From the IMG/VR virus record IMGVR_UViG_3300046471_000128, positions 32,001-96,000 of that record: a stretch of DNA of 64,000 nucleotides, one strand, 5' to 3'. Made by a program: the position numbers and the translations under genes. Shown here one piece after another: positions 1 through 9,900 of this stretch. The notes beneath the pieces are model-generated. The model did not search any database and had not been told where the DNA came from. It was given only the letters and a program-made list of their open reading frames with translations. The stretch is from a virus. Position 1 is the stretch's first letter. Every line of letters starts with the position of its first letter.

Positions 1-29
1 CAGGTTGACGAGGGTCAGGAAGGCGTAGG

Positions 30-509
30 TCATGCGGGAACTCCTTGTGGAATGACTTCCATCGGTTTAAGGATGGCGGCGAACGTGTTCGGGTCGTAGC
101 GCCACGCTTCCGGCCAGCCGAGAGCCGCCGCGACTGCTTCGGAGCAGAACCATTTGTTCTTGTCGCCCTCCTCCCGCCGCCACACGAAGCCGAGCAAGCC
201 CAGCACGTCATACGGTTCGCCATTGTGCTGCTCGAACCAGGCGAGCGCGGCGGTCTGCTCCGCGGACGTGAGACGCAACTCGCGCACGTCCCAGTCTGCC
301 GGGTCCAGCTCGAGCTCGACCTGGCGCACGCCGTGATCGAGATAGGCCGAGGACCAGCAGATCGACTTGCCGTCGGGAGTCTCGCCCACGACCAGCTCGC
401 AGTGGCTATAGGGTCCATCAGTCCACCACTTCGTCATGACACCCAGCCAGCCCTTGACGCCCGGATGCCGCCCTTTGAAAAACGCTACCTTCATCACTGC
501 TCCTGTCAC
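30..509 (-). CDS. Permuted papain-like (YiiX/NlpC-P60-related) protein; start may be ATG 494
   Basis: Motifs YSHCELV, PYDVLG and KWFCSE match the permuted NlpC/P60 family; directly downstream of the tail fibre genes. Confidence 0.6.
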   Translation of the reverse strand: MTGAVMKVAFFKGRHPGVKGWLGVMTKWWTDGPYSHCELVVGETPDGKSICWSSAYLDHGVRQVELELDPADWDVRELRLTSAEQTAALAWFEQHNGEPYDVLGLLGFVWRREEGDKNKWFCSEAVAAALGWPEAWRYDPNTFAAILKPMEVIPQGVPA

Positions 510-991
510 TGAATGGTTGCTGCCACGGCCTCGATGGAGGCCATGATGTCGTCAAACGCGGACTGCGCCGCGGTCGCTTCGGATGCGGCGAGAACTTCGT
601 ATTTGCGCATCCGGAGCGCGCCGAGTGCCGAGAGCGCCGCATTTAAGCCGGCGGCTTGTGCGAGGATCAGGTCCGCGGCCTGCTGGTTGGTCTTGCCGGC
701 CGGCACCGCGAAGCCTGCCACCCAAGGGCCGGGATCGCCGGTATACCCGGCGTCTTTGAAGGCTTGTGCTGCGGTCTGTCGCGACAGGTATTCCTGCTGA
801 AAGCGGGTCCAGTTCGAGTAGATCTCGGCGACCCGCGCGTCGATTGCCACCGGACAGACGTTCTGCAGATACCCGAGCCAGGCCGGGTCGGTGTCGGCGA
901 CGAGCGTGCTCGTGCCGTCATCTGCCATCGCCCACACCTTGTGGGCGTCCACCTGGCTGGTTGTCGGGTCGATGGCCTTCAGATACTTCAT
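506..991 (-). CDS. Putative tail fibre assembly protein
   Basis: Overlaps the tail fibre stop codon (ATGA); size and position typical. Confidence 0.5.
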   Translation of the reverse strand: MKYLKAIDPTTSQVDAHKVWAMADDGTSTLVADTDPAWLGYLQNVCPVAIDARVAEIYSNWTRFQQEYLSRQTAAQAFKDAGYTGDPGPWVAGFAVPAGKTNQQAADLILAQAAGLNAALSALGALRMRKYEVLAASEATAAQSAFDDIMASIEAVAATIQ

Positions 992-3900
992 GCTGCTGCT
1001 CCTTCAAGTGCTGCAATGCGCGCGAGTGCGCTGTCGAGTTTGGCGGTCAGCATCTTTACCGCCTTCACCAGCGGATCGACCAGATCGGTCTTGTCCGCGA
1101 CTTCCTTGACCGCTTCGATCAGCGGGGCCACGAGGTCGGTGTAGGCGACGCCGAGGTAGTCTTCCTTACCTTGGCCCGCGCCCTGCTTGGTCACGGCGTC
1201 AGGGAAATGCGGCTGGATTTCCTGCGCGATCACGCCGTAGTGCTGCTCACCGCTCGCCTTGTAGGTGTAGCTCACGCCACGAATCTGACGAATCTTGGCG
1301 AGCGAGCCCTTGAGCGTTTTGATTTTCTTCTTCAGGCGCTTGTCCGAGCCGTTCGTGCCTACCCCGCCCGGCGAGATCGTGAAGCGGCCATACTCAACGG
1401 TGTTGCCGTTATTCACCGAACGCAGCACCCAACCGCCCGAGCCCGAGCCGGCGTTCACGGCAAGCATCCCTTCCCCGCCGCCATTCGAGTCGTTCCAACC
1501 CAGCGCTGCGCCTTGAGAGCTGCAATTAGCTCCCTGAACCGCGCGGAGGCTGTAGACGTTCACGAAATTCATGTAGGCGTTGTTGTTGACGTTGACCTGA
1601 TTCGTGAAGACCGAAGCGCCGTAGCAGGTGATACCGCCATTGACCACCAGGCCGCCGGTGATAGTGCCGCCGGACACATTGAGTTTCGCGTTCGGATCGA
1701 AGTTCCAGGTGCCGTAGACATAGCCGCCGAGGCCAGAACGCAAAATATCGGCGTTGTTGAACGTCCACGCGTTGGCCTGATTCGCGACGTGGAAGACGAT
1801 CGTCGGCTGCGTGCTCCCCGAGCCGCCTTCGTAGGCGTCGATCGCCGCAAGATGGCGACCACCCCAGCGCGTCCAGCGAACGCCGCCATAGGCAGAGGTC
1901 GCGTTGGCCGCGTCAATCTGAAGGGCATAGTTGCGGTTGTTATTCCAATCAACGAACGCACCGCCCATGTCGCCGGTCGTGCGGAAGGCCCCGCTTGAGG
2001 TGCTGCCTGACAACTGGCTAAAGACGGTGCTCCGCGCGGTGAGAGCGCCCGCATCGGTAAGGTTTACGTTGATTGCGTTGTTGGCACTGTTGACAAACTG
2101 CACTTCGCCGATGTTCGTGGCCCGCATGAACGGCGTGTAGGAGCCGGCCTTCATGAGCAGGCGGTAGCTAGTGGAGCCAACCGCCGCCAGCGTCACATCG
2201 CCGGTGAACGCATGCCCCGCGCTCGCGTAGTAATCCAGGCGCCCTTGACCGACTGTCGCGCTGCCGCCCGTCGAAATAATTCGACTGTCGTAATCGCTGC
2301 CGGTGCCCGAACTGTGGAAGTCGAGGAACGGCGTCATCGAGCTCGTCAGCGAGCCGAGCTCGATGTAGCTGGTAACCGCCAGCCCGTTGCTCACCGTCAC
2401 GAGGCCGGACGATCGCGCGATCTGGACTGGCGCGCTTTGCCAAGTTCCAGCATCGTTGTAGCGGTCGATGCTGAAGTCGGCGCCCGCGTTCGCGCTTTCG
2501 GTCGTCTGGTTCGCGCCCACCGTCCAACGGGTCACGCCGGCCGACGCGAGCTTCACGCCCTTGTAAGACGACGCGACGCCGTTGATGGTCACAAAATCCT
2601 GCACAGAGGCGTTGCCATTCACTTGCAGCACGTTCGTGTTGTCGTCCGTCGTCGTGCCGATGAGGACGCGACCGCCCCACGGCGCGAGCGCAACATTCTT
2701 TTTCGCCGTGTTGCCGGTGTTGTAGGCTTCGATCGACAAGCCGCCCGTGTAGGCCGATGGCGAGATCGATCCGACCGTGCTGTTGGCCGAGCTTGTGAGC
2801 GAAGCGGCGCCAGCGGCCGTGATGGTGCCCGCTACTTGCAGCTTGTTCGTGCCGTCGTCCGTCGCCGAGCCAATCAGCACCCGACCGCCATAGGTCAGGC
2901 GCATGACGAGGGTCTGATTCGCGTCACTCGCGGCATCGTTCGACGCCGAGTTCAGGTAGAAGTCGAGGTATTCCTTACCCCACGTTCCGGCGTTGAAGCC
3001 CGCGCGCAACGAAGCGACGAGGCGGTTTCCGAGGTCACTGCCCGACCCGAAGGTGCTATGAAAACGCAGCTTCGACTCGCGGCTGATCGCGCCGCTCGCT
3101 GCCCGGACGGCCAACTGAGCAGTCGTCACGCTCGGCGTGGTGTCGATCAGGGTTGCGCCCGTGATGGTCCCGCCGAGTGCCTTGTCGAACGGCGTGAGGT
3201 TGCCTGTATCCCACGGCGTGTAGCCGCCGAAGGTCGGGCGTTGCGAAAGCCCGAGCACGCCCGTCGAGCGCGTGATGGAGAGCGGCGAATCGATCCAGGT
3301 GCCTGTGTCGTCGTAGCGGTTCACGACCAGATTCGAGCCGGCATTGCTGCCCGACTCTGCACTGGCGCTGGCTGTGAACTCCCAGCGGTTCGAACCGGCC
3401 GTCTTCATATACAGCGAGCGGCCCGCGCCTGCTGCGCCGTCAACGTTGAATGCGCCACCGGTCGTGATGCTGCCGCTCGCCTTGGCAGTGCCCGCCACCT
3501 GCAGGAGGTTCGTGCCGTCGTCGGTCGAGGTGCCCACCATGACGCGGCCACCGCCGGTCATCAGCTGCATCGTCGTGAGCGCGACGCCACCACCGGCCGG
3601 ACGCGTGATCACCAGCGCGTTCTGCGAGGCCGAGTAGGTGTCGTCAATCGAGCGGATCGCGAAGCTGTTCGACGACGCGTGCAGGATTTCCCAATACTTT
3701 TCGTCGGTGGCCGCGCCCTCGCGCGTCAGATACATCGACGTCTGACCGGTGCCCGAGCCGTTCGAGGCTACGAGCGCCTTTTGTGCAGCGACGCCCTTCA
3801 GCACGCCATTGACCTGCAGCTTGCTATAGCCGTCGTCGGTGGTGGTGCCGACCAGCAGCTTGCCATTCAGGTGGTTGAGCGCGGTGCCGTCGTTGTAAAT

Positions 3901-6285
3901 ATTCCACTTGCCCGTGCCGGCGGCAACCTGCCCACGGAACCCATAGACCGAGCCGGGTCCAGTAATGTCCTTCGCGTTAAAGGCTGTGTAAGCCGTCACT
4001 GTCGCGGCGGCACCGATGGTCGGCGGGTTTGCGAGGAAGCCGACGAGGTTGCCGCAAGTGAATGCAGCGTCCTTCATCTTCGGCGTCGAAGCATAGGCGA
4101 CGGCTACGCCGGTCGAAGTTTCGTTAAATTCAGCGTTGAACTGGATGCCGTAGTTGGTCGTGCCGGTGCCCAGATGCGTGCCGCGCAGGTAAGCCATCAC
4201 GTTGACCGACGTGCTGCCGCCAATCGACATATAGCCATCGGGATTCAAGCCGATGCCATAGGCGCTCCATGTGCCCGGCGCAGCGGTCGTGTCATTGGCG
4301 AGCTGGATCGTGCCGCTGTCGACGAGTAGACGCGTATTCTTCGCGCTCGCGCTCGCGTCGCGGAACTGAATCGTCGGCTGAAAAGAATCGATCGATAGAC
4401 CGCCACCCGTGCCCGAGAGCGTATCCATCACACGCAGCGTCGGCGCGTTGAGCACCGCCCACGTTGCGCCGTTCGGGTTGATCTGCATCGCCGAGACGCC
4501 ATCATCGACGCTGGTGCCGACGACAACCTTGCCCGAGCCGTTCACGTAAATCTTGCCTGCAACCGTTCCGCTTGCGTTACGCCCGAAGAGCCCGAGCGTG
4601 CCGGTGCCGTCCGCGTTAGCGTAGCCGTAGACGTCTGCCGCGCTCTGGCCGGCGAGCACGTCGGAGGTGACCGACGCCCACCGGAACGTCGTGAAACCGA
4701 TGGTGGTTTGCGACGCGGGCGGCGTGGCGAGCACCACTTGTCCGTTCGTGATCACCTGATAGGGCTGGAATCCGGCCGAGTTGCGCGCAATCCCGATACG
4801 GTAGTTCGTGCCGAGCGTCTTGCCGCTCGTGCTCGCCGGGTCACCCACCCACAGGTCACCCGCCATCGTGTCACCATCCTTCGACACTGGGTTGCCGATC
4901 GTCGCGGCCACCTGGTCGGCGTGCGCGGCACTAGCCGCCGCATTCGTCTCGCTCGTCTTCGAATTGGTTTCGGAAGTCTTCGAATTCGTCTCGCTGGTTT
5001 TCGCGGCATTTTGCGAAGCGAGGGCGGCTGCGGCGGAAGTCGACGCAGCGGTGGCCGAACCTGCGGCGGCAGTCTGGGAAGCGGAGGCGGCGTTTTGCGA
5101 AGTGAGCGCAGCAGCGGCCGAAGTCGAGGCGGCCGAAGCCGATCCCGAGGCTGCGCTTGCGCTGACCGTCGCATTGGCGGCCATGTTCTCCGAGGTCAGA
5201 TCAACGTCTTGCCAGCCGGTGCTGGTGTAGACGCGCATCTGCTTGGTGGTCGAATTAAAGTATTCTGAGCCGATCGTGAGCGCAGCGTTGTTGTTGTCCT
5301 TTACCGGGTCCGACGTCTTGTTGCCGAGATAGAGCGCGTTCAGCGTAACGAGGATGCCCTGCACCGTCGCGCGGTCGGCCGCAGCCGAGCTCGCAGACCC
5401 GGAGGCCGCGGTGGCGGAAGCGGCCGCATTCGTCTCGGACGTTTTCGAATTCGTTTCGCTGGTCTTCGAATTGGTTTCGCTCGTCTTTGCCGCGTTCTGG
5501 CTGACAAGGGAAGCCGCCGCGCTCGAAGCGGAGGCAGTCGCGGAACTCGCGGCCGCGGTCTTGCTCGAAGCGGCATTCGTTTCGCTGGTTGCCGCGTTGG
5601 TCGCCGATGTGGCGGCGGCGTTCTGGCTGGCAAGGGCCGCCGAGGCGCTTCCCGAGGCGGCCGTGGCCGAACTTGCGGCAGCGGTGGCGCTACCGGCCGC
5701 TGCGGTCTTGCTGCTCGCGGAGTTGGTTTCGCTGGTCTTCGAATTCGTTTCCGACGTCTTCGAGTTCGTCTCGCTCGTCTTCGCGGCATTCTGGCTGGCA
5801 AGCGCGGCTGCGGCGCTTGTGGCGGAATTCGTTTCGCTGGTCTTCGAAGCGGTCTGCGAGGCCGCTGCAGCATCGCGCGCGGTCACTGCCGACGCGAGGC
5901 TCGCGTGGATATCGTCGACCGAGGCGACCAGACCCGTCGGGCTCACCTCCGACATGAGCGCCTGGATCTTATACATCGTGTTGGTCCAGATCGCGGCCGT
6001 GCCGACGTCGCCCTGCGAGATCAGCGGCAGCCCATCGGGCACCGTGAAGTCGGTCGCGAACACACCGTTCGCCATCGCGCCGCTCGAGCCCTGGTAGGCG
6101 CCGGTGAGCTGGACGACCGTGTTCACGCCGTCAAAGGCCGCGTCCTGAGCCACGATGTAAGGCACAAGGTCCGGCGTCGTCATAAAGACGCTGTTCTTGA
6201 GAATGCGATACGCCACATTCGTGCCAATTACCGTCACCGTTTGACTGCCGTTGGTGACGGTGCAGACCTGCTTCAATTGTGCCAT
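988..6285 (-). CDS. Tail fibre protein (1765 aa) with C-terminal intramolecular chaperone (peptidase S74-like)
   Basis: Ala/Ser-rich SETNSKT repeats; repeated GGRVLIGTTTDDG..LQV modules; C-terminal SDKRLKK...YGVIAQE...AYTDLVAPLIEAVKE chaperone signature. Confidence 0.9.
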   Translation of the reverse strand: MAQLKQVCTVTNGSQTVTVIGTNVAYRILKNSVFMTTPDLVPYIVAQDAAFDGVNTVVQLTGAYQGSSGAMANGVFATDFTVPDGLPLISQGDVGTAAIWTNTMYKIQALMSEVSPTGLVASVDDIHASLASAVTARDAAAASQTASKTSETNSATSAAAALASQNAAKTSETNSKTSETNSKTSETNSASSKTAAAGSATAAASSATAASGSASAALASQNAAATSATNAATSETNAASSKTAAASSATASASSAAASLVSQNAAKTSETNSKTSETNSKTSETNAAASATAASGSASSAAADRATVQGILVTLNALYLGNKTSDPVKDNNNAALTIGSEYFNSTTKQMRVYTSTGWQDVDLTSENMAANATVSASAASGSASAASTSAAAALTSQNAASASQTAAAGSATAASTSAAAALASQNAAKTSETNSKTSETNSKTSETNAAASAAHADQVAATIGNPVSKDGDTMAGDLWVGDPASTSGKTLGTNYRIGIARNSAGFQPYQVITNGQVVLATPPASQTTIGFTTFRWASVTSDVLAGQSAADVYGYANADGTGTLGLFGRNASGTVAGKIYVNGSGKVVVGTSVDDGVSAMQINPNGATWAVLNAPTLRVMDTLSGTGGGLSIDSFQPTIQFRDASASAKNTRLLVDSGTIQLANDTTAAPGTWSAYGIGLNPDGYMSIGGSTSVNVMAYLRGTHLGTGTTNYGIQFNAEFNETSTGVAVAYASTPKMKDAAFTCGNLVGFLANPPTIGAAATVTAYTAFNAKDITGPGSVYGFRGQVAAGTGKWNIYNDGTALNHLNGKLLVGTTTDDGYSKLQVNGVLKGVAAQKALVASNGSGTGQTSMYLTREGAATDEKYWEILHASSNSFAIRSIDDTYSASQNALVITRPAGGGVALTTMQLMTGGGRVMVGTSTDDGTNLLQVAGTAKASGSITTGGAFNVDGAAGAGRSLYMKTAGSNRWEFTASASAESGSNAGSNLVVNRYDDTGTWIDSPLSITRSTGVLGLSQRPTFGGYTPWDTGNLTPFDKALGGTITGATLIDTTPSVTTAQLAVRAASGAISRESKLRFHSTFGSGSDLGNRLVASLRAGFNAGTWGKEYLDFYLNSASNDAASDANQTLVMRLTYGGRVLIGSATDDGTNKLQVAGTITAAGAASLTSSANSTVGSISPSAYTGGLSIEAYNTGNTAKKNVALAPWGGRVLIGTTTDDNTNVLQVNGNASVQDFVTINGVASSYKGVKLASAGVTRWTVGANQTTESANAGADFSIDRYNDAGTWQSAPVQIARSSGLVTVSNGLAVTSYIELGSLTSSMTPFLDFHSSGTGSDYDSRIISTGGSATVGQGRLDYYASAGHAFTGDVTLAAVGSTSYRLLMKAGSYTPFMRATNIGEVQFVNSANNAINVNLTDAGALTARSTVFSQLSGSTSSGAFRTTGDMGGAFVDWNNNRNYALQIDAANATSAYGGVRWTRWGGRHLAAIDAYEGGSGSTQPTIVFHVANQANAWTFNNADILRSGLGGYVYGTWNFDPNAKLNVSGGTITGGLVVNGGITCYGASVFTNQVNVNNNAYMNFVNVYSLRAVQGANCSSQGAALGWNDSNGGGEGMLAVNAGSGSGGWVLRSVNNGNTVEYGRFTISPGGVGTNGSDKRLKKKIKTLKGSLAKIRQIRGVSYTYKASGEQHYGVIAQEIQPHFPDAVTKQGAGQGKEDYLGVAYTDLVAPLIEAVKEVADKTDLVDPLVKAVKMLTAKLDSALARIAALEGAAA

Positions 6286-6324
6286 GCGAGAACCCTTGTC
6301 CTAGAGACGTGTCGGGTTCGATTA

Positions 6325-6342
6325 TAAGTAACGGGTCACTTA
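6325..6342. promoter_or_regulatory. 18-bp operator-like palindrome TAAGTNAC-NN-GTNACTTA (representative of about 20 copies)
   Basis: TAAGTAACGGGTCACTTA overlapping a TATAAT upstream of the tail fibre gene. Confidence 0.75.
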
Positions 6343-6356
6343 TCCGCAATGGAAAG

Positions 6357-6545
6357 TCAAGGCTTCGGATGGCGCTCCTTGATCGCCTGGCAGTGCTCGA
6401 TCCATGCCTCGGTTGCGGCCGGCAGCGCGATTCCCTGCTCTTTCAGCGCCGCGAACCCTTTCATCAGCGCGTCCAGCTGGTCGCCGATCGCCATGTAGTC
6501 GGCCGCGCGCCGGGGCGCGACGTCAATCTTGTGGTGGATCTTCAT
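6357..6545 (-). CDS. Small tail-associated hypothetical protein (62 aa)
   Basis: ATG 6545 overlaps upstream stop; MKIHHKIDVAPRRAADYMAIGDQLDAL resembles small tail-region phage proteins. Confidence 0.6.
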   Translation of the reverse strand: MKIHHKIDVAPRRAADYMAIGDQLDALMKGFAALKEQGIALPAATEAWIEHCQAIKERHPKP

Positions 6546-6916
6546 GCTTGCGTGACCTCGAAAGTGGCGTCGAGCATCGGCCAGGCGGAGACTTTCACCT
6601 GGTAGGTGCCGGCGTGGCTGAAGGAAAGCTCGCAAGAGTCGTCCGTGCAGGCGTGATCGGTCCCGTCGAGTGTGATCGTGCACGGCACCGGTAGGTTTTG
6701 CAGCTCCATGCCCTTGAGCGTGGCGGTGTTCGCCGGCCGCTCAACGATTGCCCCGCCCTGCACGTAGTGGGTTTCCGGCGCGCCGGCGCCCGTCAGCACA
6801 GAGCCGCCTTCCGGCGCGACCTGATATTCGAGCATGAAGGCCGGCACGCTCCCGTAGAACTGGATACGTCCGCCGGCGTCGGCCACCACGTATTGCGTCT
6901 GGATCTGATCACTCAT
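6542..6916 (-). CDS. Tail-associated hypothetical protein
   Basis: Coupled to J by an ATGA overlap; phage-like codon usage. Confidence 0.65.
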   Translation of the reverse strand: MSDQIQTQYVVADAGGRIQFYGSVPAFMLEYQVAPEGGSVLTGAGAPETHYVQGGAIVERPANTATLKGMELQNLPVPCTITLDGTDHACTDDSCELSFSHAGTYQVKVSAWPMLDATFEVTQA

Positions 6917-9900
6917 CGTTTTGCCTCAAAAATGGCTGTCTGAACATTGCTCACGCCCGATCCGCTCGCCTGGATGTTCACCGCGTAGGCGCCGTTCATG
7001 CCGGTGATGCGCATGAAGGAGCAGGCTCGGTCGCCCCGGTCGTTGCCGATCACGACCTGCTGGCCGTTGACCGTGACTGATGCCTGACCGCTCTGGTTCG
7101 CGCCCGTGCTGGAGTTGTAAAGCCCCAGGTTGGCCGAAATGAACACCAGCACGTCGCCGCCCGACGCGTAGTAGGTAGGCACACCCGTGCCACCCCACGA
7201 CGCCATCGTCGAGACTGCATTCGGGCCGATGCGCAGCGTGTCGATCTGGGCCTGTCCGATGTGCGCGGTGTTGATCGCGGCATACGCGATCTTTGCCGAG
7301 TTGATCTGCGCGTCGCCGATCATCGCGTTGGCAATCGACGCGTCACCGATGAGCGCGTTGCTGATGATGACCCGCGGCTGACCGTTGACCACGCCGATCG
7401 TGAACGGCTGAATGCCCGGGTAGCCGGGAATCCACACCGAGAAGCGCTGCGCGTGGACCGCGAACTCGCTGACGATGCCGCCGTTGATCGGATAGGACGC
7501 GAGGCCGAAGCCCGAGATCAGGCCGTTGTTGTCGATCTTGACCGTGTATTGCGCGTTCAGGCCGTTGAGGCTCGACTGCTGCGTGCTGATCGAGGCCGTA
7601 TGGCTGCCGAGCGTCGAGTTGATCTGCGTAATGGAGCTCGCATTGGCGCTGTCGCCGGCCGCGCGCGCATTGATCTCGGTCTGCACGTTCGCGTTGGTCG
7701 TGCCGAGCGACGCGTTGACGCTATCGATGCGGGTCGAAAGTGCCCCGTCCGCGTTCGCGCGCGCCGTCTGCTCGGTGCTGATCGCCGCCATTGCCGGCTG
7801 AACCTGCGAGGCCGGGCGCCATTCGATGTCCGTGTAATACCAGCGATTCTTGTCGTTGTTCGAACTGGCGCCGAAGTCGATCATCACGTAGAGCTCGGCG
7901 GTCGTGTAGCCGTCAGGGATCGTGACGTTGCCCGCCATCCGGGTCCAGGTTGACGTTGCAGCCTGCGTGGCCGCGAAAACCCACGTATCGGACTTGCCCG
8001 CGCCCGTGAGGTGCAGCCCGATGCTGATCGGCACAGCGGCGACGGGCGTTGCCGCGCGCATCTCCAGGTAATGCGTTTGCCCGCCCGAAACCGGCACGGT
8101 GCGCGTCGTGTAGCTGTTGTCCCGGATGTTCTGGCGGAAGACGTAAGCGGCCGGCGCGCCGAGCGGGACGTCGCCCGTCGTGCCGCCCACTGCGGTGTTG
8201 TTGGTCCAGCCCGTCGTCAGGCCGCCGGCGGCGACCGGGTTCGCGCACAGGTTGGTCGCGTCAAAGCCGAAGCTCGCCGCCACCGTATTGATCTGCGTTG
8301 CGAGCGCCGAGTCGGCGGAGGTGCGCGCGCTTGCCTCTTGCTGCACCGCTGCGGTGTTGTTGCCCGTATTCGCGGCGAGCGTGTCGATGCGCGTGGAGAG
8401 CGCCGTGTCTGCGGTCGTGCGGGCGCTCACCTCGCTCGTGATCGCCGCGGTGTTGCCGTTCGTGGTCGCGAGCAGCGTGTCAATCCGCGTGCTGAGCGCG
8501 CCGTCCGCGTTCGCGCGCGCCGTGGTTTCGGTCTGAATCGCCGCGGTGTTGCCGTTGCTCTGTGCGACCACCGTGTCGATGCGGGTGCCAAGCGCCGAGT
8601 CGGCCGTGGTCCGGGCCGTCGTCTCACTCTGGATGGCCGCGCCGTTCGAGTTCGTCGCCGCCGACACCGTGTTGATCTGCGTGGCGAGGCTGTCGGTAGC
8701 GTTCTTGCGCGTGGTGGCCTCATTCGTGATCGCGGTCGTGAGCGAGGCGTTGAGCGCGTTCGCCGTGGCCGTCAGCGTGTCGGACGTATTCTTCAGACGG
8801 TTGTTCACCGAGCCGATGATCGTGTCCGGCGCGTCCACCAGGTCAATGCGTGTCTTGAGCGCCGGGATCAGCTGCGAGTCCTTGAGCACGCCCTCGGCGA
8901 TCGCCTCGACGTCCAGAAACGGCGTGTGGACGTGGATCTCGTTGGTCGGGATCGTCTCGTCCAGCCCGAACGCGTCATACGGCACGATCGTGATGTAGTA
9001 GTCCGCGTTGAACATCAGGCCCGAGAGCAGCACGGTTGTGTCCGGGCCGTCGTAGGCGGGTGTGGCCGGCGCGCCGACGTCGCCCGACCAGCGCAGCATG
9101 ATGCGCGCGCCCGCGTAGTCCGGGTCGTCGCTGTGGGTAAAGCTGACCGTGATGGACTCGAAGTTCGCGTTCGTCGCTGCCGTCAGCACGGTCGGCGGCG
9201 GGTTGTAGCAGTCGAGCACGGCTGCCTTGCCGACGTTGCCGAACTGGTCGCGCACGGCGATCTCAAACACAAGCTCCCGATGCAGGCCGTCGACGAAGTT
9301 CTTCTCGTAGGTGTAGATATACGAGTTGTCCGTCGTGTGCTCGGTGCGCAGGAGCCTCTGGTCCTTTGTGCCGTAGTTGGGCTTCGCGTAGACGCGGATC
9401 TCGTAGTCGAGAAAGTGCGGGTCGCGCGCGCCCGTGTCGGCGCCGTTCGGCTCGCTGCCGAATTCGAACGAGGCCGTCACCGAGTTGTAGCGCCAGAAGA
9501 GCTTGCAGTCGCGCCCGGCCCAGAGGTAATCGGCGCCCGAGACGACGGCGGTCGAGAGCGCCGTCACCGTGCCGACCACCTTGTAGCTCACCATCGGCGA
9601 CTGGTCGTAAGACGAATCCTTGCCCCAGATGTCGAACGCCTGCACTTTGATGGTCAGCTGGTCACCCTTTTGCACGCCCGGGACGATAAAGCTCGTGTCG
9701 GCCTTGACCGTGCCTGTCAGGTTGAATGCGCCGCCATTCTTCTGAACGAAGACCTTCGCGCCCGCGTAGTTGCCGGCGACCGGCTGCGCCCACGTCGTGC
9801 GCACCTGCGAGAGGATCTGCGCGCCCTGCACGTAGGTTTCCTCATACGCGCTTACGTTCTGCACGACGCCGATCGCCGCCTGCGACGGGTCGAGCATGGG

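Noticed and set aside
988-6700. Diversity-generating retroelement or invertible tail-fibre cassette
   Set aside because: No reverse transcriptase, invertase or template/variable repeat pair visible
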